Shown here one piece after another: positions 27,357 through 36,079 of a stretch of DNA of 51,418 bases (positions are counted from its first letter, which is position 1; every line of letters starts with the position of its first letter). Below the pieces are notes generated by a model. The model made no database searches. It saw only the letters and a list, made by a program, of their open reading frames with translations, and was not told the origin of the DNA. The stretch spans positions 1 through 51,418 of IMG/VR virus record IMGVR_UViG_3300024222_000008, one strand, 5' to 3'. The DNA is from a virus (taxonomy: Duplodnaviria > Caudoviricetes). Position numbers and translations under genes: made by a program.

Positions 27357-28304
27357 TCATGACGTCTTCGTGCTGCCGGTGTTGGGACCAGGCGCCGTCA
27401 GACCTGCCGCGGCCGCTTTGTAAGCCCCCAGCGCGGCGTTAGACTGCAGCCCGCCCAGATAGCTACCGGCGCTGCCCAGCACGTTGGCGAAGATGTTGGA
27501 CAACGGTGACACCGTGGGCACGCCCTGCAGCGACGACGTGACGTCGCCGGCGTTGCTGGTGATGCCGGAGATCGCCGACCGCTGCGTGTTCAACGCCGCG
27601 TTGACGTCCTGCTCGGAACTGCCGGCGATCGGCGAGCCGATACTCTCCGAGGCAGTGACCTGGCCCAGCAAATTCTGCTTGGCGTTGGCCACCTGACCCT
27701 GCAGCTGCGCCTGGGCCTGCTGCGCGTTGGCGGTCTGCAAGGCGGTGGCACGGCCAGCGTTCTCAGTGATCATGCCCTGTTGGTTGACCCCGGCCTGGCT
27801 GGAGGAAATGCCCTGCCGCGCCAACTGAAACGCCAGGTTCTTCTCGGCAATGTTTTGCTGATAGGTAATATCGTCCTGCGCCTTGGACATATAATCCTTG
27901 GCATACTGATTGAAGTAATCCGGGCTGAACCGGCTGAACGCGTCGTTGATCTGTTGTGTGCCTTGTCCCAGCAAGGTGGCACGCCCGGTGTCATATTCGC
28001 TCTGGCGGGCGGCCTGCTGCTGCGCCTGCTGGATCTGCTGGTCATACTGGGCCTTCTGCTGATCCGCCTGCTGCTGATTGAATGCCTGCTGCTGGTCGGC
28101 GATCTTCTGCTGGGCCGCGATCTGCTTGTCGCTCAGATCCTGGCTCGCCATGGTCTGGTAAGCCGCCGTCGTGGTGGCGCCACGATCGACATACTCCTGC
28201 GGCACGCCCGCATCAGTGGTCACCCACTGGCCCGTGCTGTTGTTGAGCATGAACTGCTTGGGCGTGCTGTTACTGCCGCCGCCGCCACCACCACCTAAGC
28301 ACAA
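27357..28304 (-). CDS. internal virion/ejection protein (TTG start, MCLGGGG)
   Basis: GGAGG RBS before TTG 28304; MC-poly-Gly start; Gln-rich coiled coil. Confidence 0.75.
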   Translation of the reverse strand: MCLGGGGGGGSNSTPKQFMLNNSTGQWVTTDAGVPQEYVDRGATTTAAYQTMASQDLSDKQIAAQQKIADQQQAFNQQQADQQKAQYDQQIQQAQQQAARQSEYDTGRATLLGQGTQQINDAFSRFSPDYFNQYAKDYMSKAQDDITYQQNIAEKNLAFQLARQGISSSQAGVNQQGMITENAGRATALQTANAQQAQAQLQGQVANAKQNLLGQVTASESIGSPIAGSSEQDVNAALNTQRSAISGITSNAGDVTSSLQGVPTVSPLSNIFANVLGSAGSYLGGLQSNAALGAYKAAAAGLTAPGPNTGSTKTS

Positions 28305-28831
28305 TGTCTTACCCTCCGTCCGCCGGTCTGCGTCAGGTCCCAGGTGTAAAGCAGGAAGTCCTCGCGGTTGCGGCCATAGCCCTGCAACAGGGCCTCGACC
28401 TCGCCACCGATCAGCTCGATGAACGCTCTTCCATCGGTGTTCGATGCCAACGCATAGGCTTCGGCACGGTGATAACCCGACCGCTGCAGTGCCGGGATAA
28501 TGAAAGTGCGCGCCCAGTGCGCGATCGGACGCACCGCCTTGCGGTATTGCTCGGTGCCGAACGCACCACAGATCACCACCCCGGGCCGCACCGGGACCAC
28601 ACCGCTGACCGCGATCGGCACGCTGTCCCAGGACCACACCCGCCATAACGGTCCCGCATTGGCAGTGATGTTGTCGATCAGCGCGTCCTCGTCGTCGTCC
28701 CAGCGCAGCGCGAAGATCTCGCGCCGGTCGCGGTCGCGCAGGTTGCGCACGATGTGCGTGATGCCCTCGCGACTGGCCGTGTGCATACGGATCATGTGAT
28801 CCTGCTCGGGATCGAGGACCGTTACGCTCAC
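28295..28831 (-). CDS. GNAT-fold T7 gp13-like virion assembly protein
   Basis: NLRDRDRRE motif; position after the nozzle gene; GTGA coupling. Confidence 0.7.
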   Translation of the reverse strand: MSVTVLDPEQDHMIRMHTASREGITHIVRNLRDRDRREIFALRWDDDEDALIDNITANAGPLWRVWSWDSVPIAVSGVVPVRPGVVICGAFGTEQYRKAVRPIAHWARTFIIPALQRSGYHRAEAYALASNTDGRAFIELIGGEVEALLQGYGRNREDFLLYTWDLTQTGGRRVRHCA

Positions 28832-30252
28832 TTCACGACCCCTTCCTGCAGGTTCAGATGCACCGCCGACAGGGTCGCCGGACCCGGTGCCTGGTGCGTC
28901 ATGTGCAGCCCAAAATGCGTGCCGTAGCCAGCAAAGGGTATGCTCATCAGACCATAGGTATTGTCCTGCACCGTGGCGCACAGCTCGAACGCATCGGTAT
29001 TGTTGGCCAGCATGCCGATGTTGATCGCCCACTGACCCTGACACATCACGTCCATGCTCTTGATGCGCTTGTTCTCGGTCGGACTGTCGGCGTTCATATG
29101 CGGCGTCCGCACGGTGACGGCAGAGCTGTCGTAGACCGTGCCGGAGGTGCCGCCGTATTGGTAAACATTACCGTGGGTGTCATCGCAGAACACCCGGTTG
29201 CCGACCACCGCGAAGTGCCGCACGTTGAAACCGGTCTTGAACGTCGACCACGCCGTGATGCTGCCGGCCGGAAAGTAGCTCAGCACGTAGATCGTATCCG
29301 CCACACTCAGCCAGTAACGCCCCTGGATCGGCTGCACCACCGCGTCAACCTGGGTCAAAGCGCTGGTGTTGGTGCGGATCGCCGTGATCAGCAGCGGATC
29401 AATCGCTGAGCCGACATCCGACACGCTGGCCGCCAGGTTGATATACAGCGCCTTCAGGCTGCGCACGCCGCTGTCGGACAGGAACAGCACGTCGCCGGTG
29501 CCGAACTGCACGATCGAGCGTGGCGCCACCGTGCCGATCCGCAACAGCTGACCCAGCGTGTCGTTACTCGGGTCAGGATCGAGCGTCCACATCTGGGTCT
29601 GCAGCCGCGCCATCACCGCCATGTTGCTGTAGTAGACTTCCATGCTCTGCAGGCTTTCGCCGTCAGGGTCGTTGAGCGACAGATTGATGAAACCGGCGCC
29701 TGGCTCGGTCACCGACGCCGGGTCGTTCTGCGCCGGATTGTTCACCCCGGAGAACCGCAGATACTGCCCGTCGATCCGATACATCTTGGATTTCCAGGTC
29801 CGCACATACGTGCCGTGGCTCTGACTGCCGTCCGCTTCGTGGACCAGCGCATTGTTATACCAGCAATAGGTGGTCCCGCTGGCGCCCAGACCGCAGACAA
29901 AGAACTTCTGATCGAACGCCTCGACGTCCAGCAGCTGGACGATCTGCTCCCCCGGCGGGGCTAGATTATGCGCCACGATCGGCACCGGTAGGGAACCGCC
30001 CGGAATGGGCGCGGTGGTGTTGACACCGAACGCGTGCAGCTGATTGCCCTGGCCGAACAGATAGGTGTAGCTCGACGGCATCGTGGTCTGCTGCACGAAG
30101 GCGAGGCGCTTCTCGATCTCGCCGCCGGCGTTGATCACCGCGTTCTCCAGGATGCGCAGCGTGCCGCCAGGCGCGGTCAACGGAGTCTTACGGACGTCAA
30201 GGCCCTCTTTGAAGTCAGTGACCGAGAAGACCTTGTTGCCGCTCCCCGCCAT
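28828..30252 (-). CDS. tail nozzle / tubular protein B
   Basis: DF..GLD...LENA.I..GG.I.KR N-terminus, beta-rich, ITAWS motif; synteny. Confidence 0.75.
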   Translation of the reverse strand: MAGSGNKVFSVTDFKEGLDVRKTPLTAPGGTLRILENAVINAGGEIEKRLAFVQQTTMPSSYTYLFGQGNQLHAFGVNTTAPIPGGSLPVPIVAHNLAPPGEQIVQLLDVEAFDQKFFVCGLGASGTTYCWYNNALVHEADGSQSHGTYVRTWKSKMYRIDGQYLRFSGVNNPAQNDPASVTEPGAGFINLSLNDPDGESLQSMEVYYSNMAVMARLQTQMWTLDPDPSNDTLGQLLRIGTVAPRSIVQFGTGDVLFLSDSGVRSLKALYINLAASVSDVGSAIDPLLITAIRTNTSALTQVDAVVQPIQGRYWLSVADTIYVLSYFPAGSITAWSTFKTGFNVRHFAVVGNRVFCDDTHGNVYQYGGTSGTVYDSSAVTVRTPHMNADSPTENKRIKSMDVMCQGQWAINIGMLANNTDAFELCATVQDNTYGLMSIPFAGYGTHFGLHMTHQAPGPATLSAVHLNLQEGVVK

Positions 30253-31001
30253 CAGTGCGGTCCGGGACCAGATCCATATCCGGGTGGCAGGTAGTCAAGT
30301 CCCAGCACCGGCTGATGCCCCGGGCGTGACTGCGCGTCGCCACCACCGCCGCCGATGACGATCGGGCGGATCTTCTTATGGCTGAACTGCCGCACGCGAT
30401 GGCGCCGCATCGCCTCATTCGCCTTGTTGAGTTTCAGCGTGGCGTCCTTGGCGCCGTCGCGCTGCAGGATCTCCACCGCGCTGAACAGGACGATCAAGTT
30501 GTCCGGCAACGTGCTGACGTCGTCGTCGTTGATCATCTTGGTGACGGTCTTGGTCCCACGCACCCGAATGATCGCCGCGGCATTCACCGCGCTGGCGTCC
30601 GGGACCGGCCACAACTCCATGGTGTTGTCGTCGGCATGGTGCATCCACTTGCGGGTGGGCCACGCCTTGAACCCGTTATCTGAGTTCCACAGCACCATCT
30701 CGTAAGGGCCGATGCCGTAGGCCAGTTCGTTGTAGACCGTGTTGATCAGCACCCAGATATTGGTGATGTCATCGAACGCCAGATCAGCCGGATAGGCATA
30801 ATACCGCTGCCCGTCCGCCAGCTTGATGTCACGATCGATGATCAGCTGCGGCCAGTCATAGTCCTGATACAGCTGCACCTGAGTGCGATTAAGATAGTAA
30901 AGCAGCGTATCGCGATCATTGATGCCGTGCGCGACATTGGTTGAGTGACCAATCTCCGCACGGAGATCAGTCAGCATGTCGCGCAGCTGTTTAGGCGCCA
31001 C
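30252..31001 (-). CDS. head-tail adaptor / tubular protein A
   Basis: YDWPQL, GQRYYAYP, ELWPVPD pattern; synteny. Confidence 0.7.
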   Translation of the reverse strand: MAPKQLRDMLTDLRAEIGHSTNVAHGINDRDTLLYYLNRTQVQLYQDYDWPQLIIDRDIKLADGQRYYAYPADLAFDDITNIWVLINTVYNELAYGIGPYEMVLWNSDNGFKAWPTRKWMHHADDNTMELWPVPDASAVNAAAIIRVRGTKTVTKMINDDDVSTLPDNLIVLFSAVEILQRDGAKDATLKLNKANEAMRRHRVRQFSHKKIRPIVIGGGGGDAQSRPGHQPVLGLDYLPPGYGSGPGPH

Positions 31002-31668
31002 GGGCCGCTCGGTTCGCCAACGCCGCGCCGCCGCCCGACTTCGGCTTGAAGTTTGGAGAATGACTGCCGCCGGCGTTCACATCCGGCAGCTGGTCCAGTG
31101 GTCCCGCGCGCGACACGCCGCGGCCGCTGGTATCCCGCACGATATGCTGCAGGTCCTCCGGGCGCGGGCGCGGCATGGGTCCGTCCAGTCCCAGCTCGAT
31201 GGCATCCTCTTCGTCCTGCGCATGCGCCGCGATTTCCTCTGGCGTCGGTTCGCTCTCCGGCGGCAGCTCAGGTGCCTGCAGCACCGGCATGTCGGCGGTC
31301 TGAGTGAACTGGTTCAGCGGACGCAGTTTCGGATCAGGACTGGCCGGGCGTGTCGGCCGCGGCGTGTAGATCGGCAGCGTGCAGCGCGGGATCGACGCGT
31401 CTCCCACCGGCAGCCGCGGGCGGTTGCCCGGGAACACGTCCCGGATCGTCTCCGGCTGATACAACGTCTGCAACCGGGTCAGCACCTCGTCGTTGCTGGC
31501 CTCCCAGGTGCCGACGACGTGGATCTCGGTGATGGCTTCCTCGCCGTGGATGAACTGCAGGATCGGCAGTTCGGGGAACACGATCGGCTGGTCCCGGTGA
31601 CGATAGACCTGGTTACCCTGGTCCCCGCCGAGGGCGACCATGCAACGCAACAACTGGAACGCGGGCAT
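30991..31668 (-). CDS. hypothetical protein after the capsid gene
   Basis: GGGAG RBS before MPAFQLLRC. Confidence 0.7.
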   Translation of the reverse strand: MPAFQLLRCMVALGGDQGNQVYRHRDQPIVFPELPILQFIHGEEAITEIHVVGTWEASNDEVLTRLQTLYQPETIRDVFPGNRPRLPVGDASIPRCTLPIYTPRPTRPASPDPKLRPLNQFTQTADMPVLQAPELPPESEPTPEEIAAHAQDEEDAIELGLDGPMPRPRPEDLQHIVRDTSGRGVSRAGPLDQLPDVNAGGSHSPNFKPKSGGGAALANRAARGA

Positions 31669-31690
31669 CAGGTAAAACTCCCTGTCCGTT

Positions 31691-32101
31691 TCACGTGAAA
31701 CGACCCAGCATGTCGCGCTCGCGCTCCGGATCATGGAGTTTGGCGTGTTCAGCCTGGGTCATGATTTCGAGGTTTTCGGGGCGATTGTCGGTTTGGTCCC
31801 CGTTGATGTGGTGGACAACCTGATCGGAACCAGGTTGTGCCACAGCACGATGCTCACGCACCCAGCCTTGGTCCGTTTTAACCTGAACCCAAGGCTCATT
31901 CTTCCAGACCCGGCGTGTTCCAACAGGGACATACTTCGGATGCTTCGCACCAGGGTTACCCTTCTTTGCGTTAACCTCTGGGGTCCCAATCCCCCGCGCC
32001 CGGCACAGCACCGAACAAAACCGGCTTATGGCCACACGCCTTCGGGCGCTTACCGTGTAAGAGTTACCACAGTGTTCACAAGTAAGCGGACCGAAGGGCA
32101 T
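31691..32101 (-). CDS. free-standing HNH homing endonuclease
   Basis: CEHC/FCS..C Zn finger; EHR...VHHINGDQTDNRPENL...H..LH; lower GC than neighbours. Confidence 0.9.
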   Translation of the reverse strand: MPFGPLTCEHCGNSYTVSARRRVAISRFCSVLCRARGIGTPEVNAKKGNPGAKHPKYVPVGTRRVWKNEPWVQVKTDQGWVREHRAVAQPGSDQVVHHINGDQTDNRPENLEIMTQAEHAKLHDPERERDMLGRFT

Positions 32102-32122
32102 GCAGCTATACTCCTACTGTAT

Positions 32123-33205
32123 TTAGGCTATATCGACTACTAGTGCGGAATTAACCTGCTGTGCTACCATTTGACCAGTATGAGTCATCGATTTATACAT
32201 GACGAACTGATTGTAGGGTCTGGCAGGCGTGAACTTGTGGTCCCACTCGCCGTCCTGCTTCATCAGGTAGATGTGCCGCGGGTCCCACCAGTAGGCTCGC
32301 TTGGTCTTGCCGAGATCATCCAACGTCGGGTCGTATTCGATCGTGCAGCCCATAAACTTCAGCGAACCCATGCTGCCGTCCTGGGTGCCGGTGAACCCGG
32401 TCATCGAATAGTTGCCGTTGGCCCGCATCTCGACTTCCATCGCGGAGATGAACGAGCTACCGGCGAGGAACTTCGTCGGCCGGCCGCCGTAGCGGATCAG
32501 CTGGCGATATTCCTGTTGCAGGAACTGCAGCAACGCGCCGCCGTTGGTGGTCGCTGATGTCACTGCGCCCCGGCCGCCCGCGGTGCCGAACGCCGTCGTC
32601 GCGGCACGGTTTTGCCACCAAGTGTTGGTCGCCCGTGACAGGCCGCCCAGGTTGCCGGCGTTGGGCACGTCGACGATGATCGCCTGCATGCCGGCCAGCG
32701 CCTTGGCATCGCCGGTGCCGTCGCCCCACATGAGGCTGTTCATGCTGCGGGCATACTGCTCGCCAAAGTCTTCCAGCTTGTCCTGCAGCAGGTTCACCAG
32801 CACTGTGACGTCGCGGTCCGAGTGATTGCTCAGGGAGCTGCCGTCACCGGCGTCATCGGTGACGCTGATGCCGTCGATCTTCAGCTCGGTGTGGGTCAGC
32901 GTGAGGCCCATGTGATGCTCACGCCACGGGTAGTTGCAGCGCTTGATATTCGCCGGCGTGTAGAAGTTCACCGTGTCGTTGTGGGTGTAGCCGACGACAT
33001 GGTCGTTGACGCCGCCGGCGCCGTAATCGCCCTTCACCGCGAGCGAGATATTGCCCTTGCCGCCGGGAAAGGATTTAGCACTGCTCTCCATAAGGCGAAG
33101 CAAGGGTTTCGCCTGGATCGACTGTTTGAAGGTGTCTCCCTTGTTGTAGTAAAAGTCCAACGCCGCATTAGCGATATTGGTGATTTCTCCTGCCGTGAAG
33201 GCCAT
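32123..33205 (-). CDS. major capsid protein (podovirus-type)
   Basis: 360 aa; follows the scaffold; WGDGTGDAKALAG, GGLSR..WWQN pattern. Confidence 0.88.
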   Translation of the reverse strand: MAFTAGEITNIANAALDFYYNKGDTFKQSIQAKPLLRLMESSAKSFPGGKGNISLAVKGDYGAGGVNDHVVGYTHNDTVNFYTPANIKRCNYPWREHHMGLTLTHTELKIDGISVTDDAGDGSSLSNHSDRDVTVLVNLLQDKLEDFGEQYARSMNSLMWGDGTGDAKALAGMQAIIVDVPNAGNLGGLSRATNTWWQNRAATTAFGTAGGRGAVTSATTNGGALLQFLQQEYRQLIRYGGRPTKFLAGSSFISAMEVEMRANGNYSMTGFTGTQDGSMGSLKFMGCTIEYDPTLDDLGKTKRAYWWDPRHIYLMKQDGEWDHKFTPARPYNQFVMYKSMTHTGQMVAQQVNSALVVDIA

Positions 33206-33220
33206 TGAGTTTCATCCGTG

Positions 33221-34360
33221 TCAGGATGCACGCCGCATGTTTGCCAGCGCCGCAACAACGGCTTCCTTCATGTTGCGCGGCTCAGCATTCGGCGTGCCCG
33301 TTGCGACATGGATGCTGGACGGAGCAGGCCGCGTCGGCTTTGGCGCGGGACGCGCCTGGGCGAACGTGGTTTTCACTTCGTCATAGGCCGCCTGGACCAG
33401 TGCCACCGCCTCTTGCTCGGACTTTGGCGAACCGCGTTCCTGCAACAGACCCTGGGCATAGCGACGCACAGCACCCTGCATGTGGGCGTAGTCAGGATCG
33501 CGTCGCCGAATACCCTCTTCCCACACATCCACCGCAGAGCGGACTTTCTCCACCTGCTGGACCTGTCGGTCAGCCGTCACCGTCTTGTTGACGTCCTGCA
33601 GCCTGGCTTCCGCCTGCACGGCACGATGGCGTGTGCGGGTGAGTTCCCGCGCCGTCGCGTCATCGATCAGCCCTTCATCGACCTGCTTCTGCAGGTCCTG
33701 GCTGACACGCAGGCCAAGCGCCTCCTGTGCGGCCATGACATAGGGCGTCACGCCATCCAGGAAACCCTTGTAGTCGCCACGTCGCAGCGATGCCCCGACA
33801 CCCAGCAGCATGTTGACGTCATCCGGCGCCAACTGGTGTTGCTGTAGATACCCCTGTAGCTGCCGGTGTTGTGCGATCTCCGGCTGCAGGCTTTCCAGGG
33901 TCTGACGGGCTTCGTTACGCTGCGATAGCAGACGCTCGAACCGCCGGCGCGTCTCCGGGCGAAGCTTTTTCAATTCAGCTTCGGTCGGATCGGCTTCGGT
34001 CGGATCGGGTTGAGACGGTTCGGTGTGGGCACCCGGGGTTTCCCCTGGCTTTCCCGTAGCCGCTGCCTGGTCCTGGGAGGTCTGGTCCTGAGCCTGGTCA
34101 CCCGCGTCGCTTGATGAGGGGGTGGCGCCCGGCTCGGGCTTGGTCTCCACGACCTTGCGGACTGCGGCAAGCAGTCCATCACGGTCTGACTGGCGGCTGT
34201 CGCCTGACGAGGGCGCTGTGCTGTCTGTGCCTGACGAGGGCGTCGAACTGTCAGCGGGCGTTGCCGGTGTGCTGGCCGCGCTCGGGGTATCGACGACGCT
34301 GGACGAGGGCGTGTCTGAAGGGGTAGCGGCGTCCGAAGGGGTCGAATTGGTCTCTGACAT
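33221..34360 (-). CDS. capsid scaffolding protein
   Basis: Disordered acidic N-terminus, coiled coil, directly upstream of the MCP. Confidence 0.78.
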   Translation of the reverse strand: MSETNSTPSDAATPSDTPSSSVVDTPSAASTPATPADSSTPSSGTDSTAPSSGDSRQSDRDGLLAAVRKVVETKPEPGATPSSSDAGDQAQDQTSQDQAAATGKPGETPGAHTEPSQPDPTEADPTEAELKKLRPETRRRFERLLSQRNEARQTLESLQPEIAQHRQLQGYLQQHQLAPDDVNMLLGVGASLRRGDYKGFLDGVTPYVMAAQEALGLRVSQDLQKQVDEGLIDDATARELTRTRHRAVQAEARLQDVNKTVTADRQVQQVEKVRSAVDVWEEGIRRRDPDYAHMQGAVRRYAQGLLQERGSPKSEQEAVALVQAAYDEVKTTFAQARPAPKPTRPAPSSIHVATGTPNAEPRNMKEAVVAALANMRRAS

Positions 34361-34654
34361 CCAGGGGTTTGCCGATCTCGCTGGATCAGCAAAGGGTTAT
34401 GCCCCTGTGTTGTGTTTGTGTCCAGCGTTTGTCCTCAAGACACTGACGCGACGCTCGGCCTGGTTGCCAGGACGACGGAAAACCCCGCTCGCTATAACGA
34501 CAACGCCGGCCAAGAATGAGCCTGGCCGGCGTTTCGGAAGGAGCAGGTGATGCTAGCCCATCACTAGGTGGACCCTGAGGAAACTTCTTCAGCTAGAGGC
34601 TCAAGAAACGGATATGCCACCTACTGTCAGGCTATTTCCGTTCTGCCCCGTCCG

Positions 34655-34936
34655 TCAAGGATCGCCCTTTGGCGGCGCCTCCCCCGAACGGTCATCCGGC
34701 GGACGCCCGCCCCTTGAGGACGCGATGAGGGCGAGGATCGCGGTCAATAGTTCACTCATAATATCGCGGATCTGACCGCCCAGTGCGGCGCATGAACCCA
34801 GCGGCTCAGCATGCTGGATCGCCACCAGCCAGATACACCCCATCGCCGCGAGCAGCGTTTCCACCATCATAATCAACACGACGACGGCAACGAGCAGAAA
34901 GCACGCCCGCAGCAAATCGAAGGGCGGCCGGGACAT
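34655..34936 (-). CDS. small membrane protein (holin candidate)
   Basis: Two long hydrophobic segments, charged C-terminus. Confidence 0.55.
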   Translation of the reverse strand: MSRPPFDLLRACFLLVAVVVLIMMVETLLAAMGCIWLVAIQHAEPLGSCAALGGQIRDIMSELLTAILALIASSRGGRPPDDRSGEAPPKGDP

Positions 34937-34984
34937 TATGGTCTCGGACCATCAGGTTATCCCCCGGCCGCCGCCGATCAGACG

Positions 34985-35581
34985 TTACGACGGCAGTTGC
35001 GAGACATAGGGCGGAAGATCCTGGTTAGGACCCACCGGAAACGATCGCACGACCCAGTCCTGCCCCGGCTTATGCACCGCGACCACCACCTGGCTGCTCA
35101 GCTCCGGCGGCAACGGGGCGATAGGCTCGGGCGGCCACACATTCGGCGGCACCGGCAGGCTGTTGTCAGGCCGCCCAGGGCTTGGCCAGATGCCCGGCGG
35201 CTGACCGGGTAGCGTGTTGTCGGGATACGATGGCGCCCCACCCCAGATGCCTGGCGGACGCCCGCCAGGCGCGATCGGATGGGCCGGATGGCCGCCGGGG
35301 GGCCACACCTGCGGTGGATAATATATTGGATGGTCTGGGGTTCCTCCGACTGAGTTCGGTGGAAGAACGATTGGGTTCTCAGGATGCCCCGGCGGGGTGT
35401 AAATCGGATGTTCCGGGGTGCCACCGACAGAGCCAGGCGGTAGCGCGATCGGATGGCTGGGCCGACCGCCTTCGGGCACGCCATACCCCGGGTCAACCGG
35501 GCCACCGCCGCCCGGCAGGGAGTTATCCGGCCTGCCCGGCGAACCTTCGACCGGAATGATATATGCAAGATAGCCTGCCAT
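34985..35581 (-). CDS. Pro/Gly-rich protein with PxHPI and PDNxLP repeats
   Basis: AAGGAC RBS before MAGYLAY; repeats visible in the translation. Confidence 0.75.
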   Translation of the reverse strand: MAGYLAYIIPVEGSPGRPDNSLPGGGGPVDPGYGVPEGGRPSHPIALPPGSVGGTPEHPIYTPPGHPENPIVLPPNSVGGTPDHPIYYPPQVWPPGGHPAHPIAPGGRPPGIWGGAPSYPDNTLPGQPPGIWPSPGRPDNSLPVPPNVWPPEPIAPLPPELSSQVVVAVHKPGQDWVVRSFPVGPNQDLPPYVSQLPS

Positions 35582-35677
35582 GGGTGCTGGGTCCTTTGTT
35601 GGTTTGGTGTTGTGTGTCGGCACGTGTCATGTGGCTACACTTGTTGTGTCACGCCGTCACGCGATATTCGCGTGACC

Positions 35678-36079
35678 TTATGGTTGCTGCACACCCAACA
35701 GCAGGCTGCCCGGCTCGCGTTGATCGAAATATCGCTGCAGACCGGCTTGGCCAAAATTCGCCGTGTTGGTGGCGCCAGGCACGAACGCCCAGGCACCGGT
35801 CGGCAGCTGGGACCAGACACCCGGATCATTGCCTGGTCCCGCATACATGCTGCCCGCGCTAAAGGTCGGGTGGTTGGGTTTCTTGAAGGTGTCCGGCATA
35901 TGGCCCGCGCCAGGAGGTCCGCCGCCGGCGCTGGCCCAGGCACCCTGCAGATCATAATCCGCCAGATCACCCGCGCGGGCACCCATCTGCTGCTGGAACA
36001 ACGCCTGTCCCACAGGGGTCAACTGGGTGTTGTATTGCCCGCTGTAGTCCGGCGGCACGAACAGATCCGAGAGGTTCAT
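35678..36079 (-). CDS. hypothetical protein with GHxPDTFKKPNHPTFS motif
   Basis: ATGA coupling to the portal stop; enzyme-like motif density. Confidence 0.75.
   Translation of the reverse strand: MNLSDLFVPPDYSGQYNTQLTPVGQALFQQQMGARAGDLADYDLQGAWASAGGGPPGAGHMPDTFKKPNHPTFSAGSMYAGPGNDPGVWSQLPTGAWAFVPGATNTANFGQAGLQRYFDQREPGSLLLGVQQP

Noticed and set aside
28305-28646. Upstream extension of the 429-aa ORF (and of the 249-aa ORF to 29044)
   Set aside because: Overlap neighbouring genes; better RBS-supported or coupled starts at 28304 and 28831
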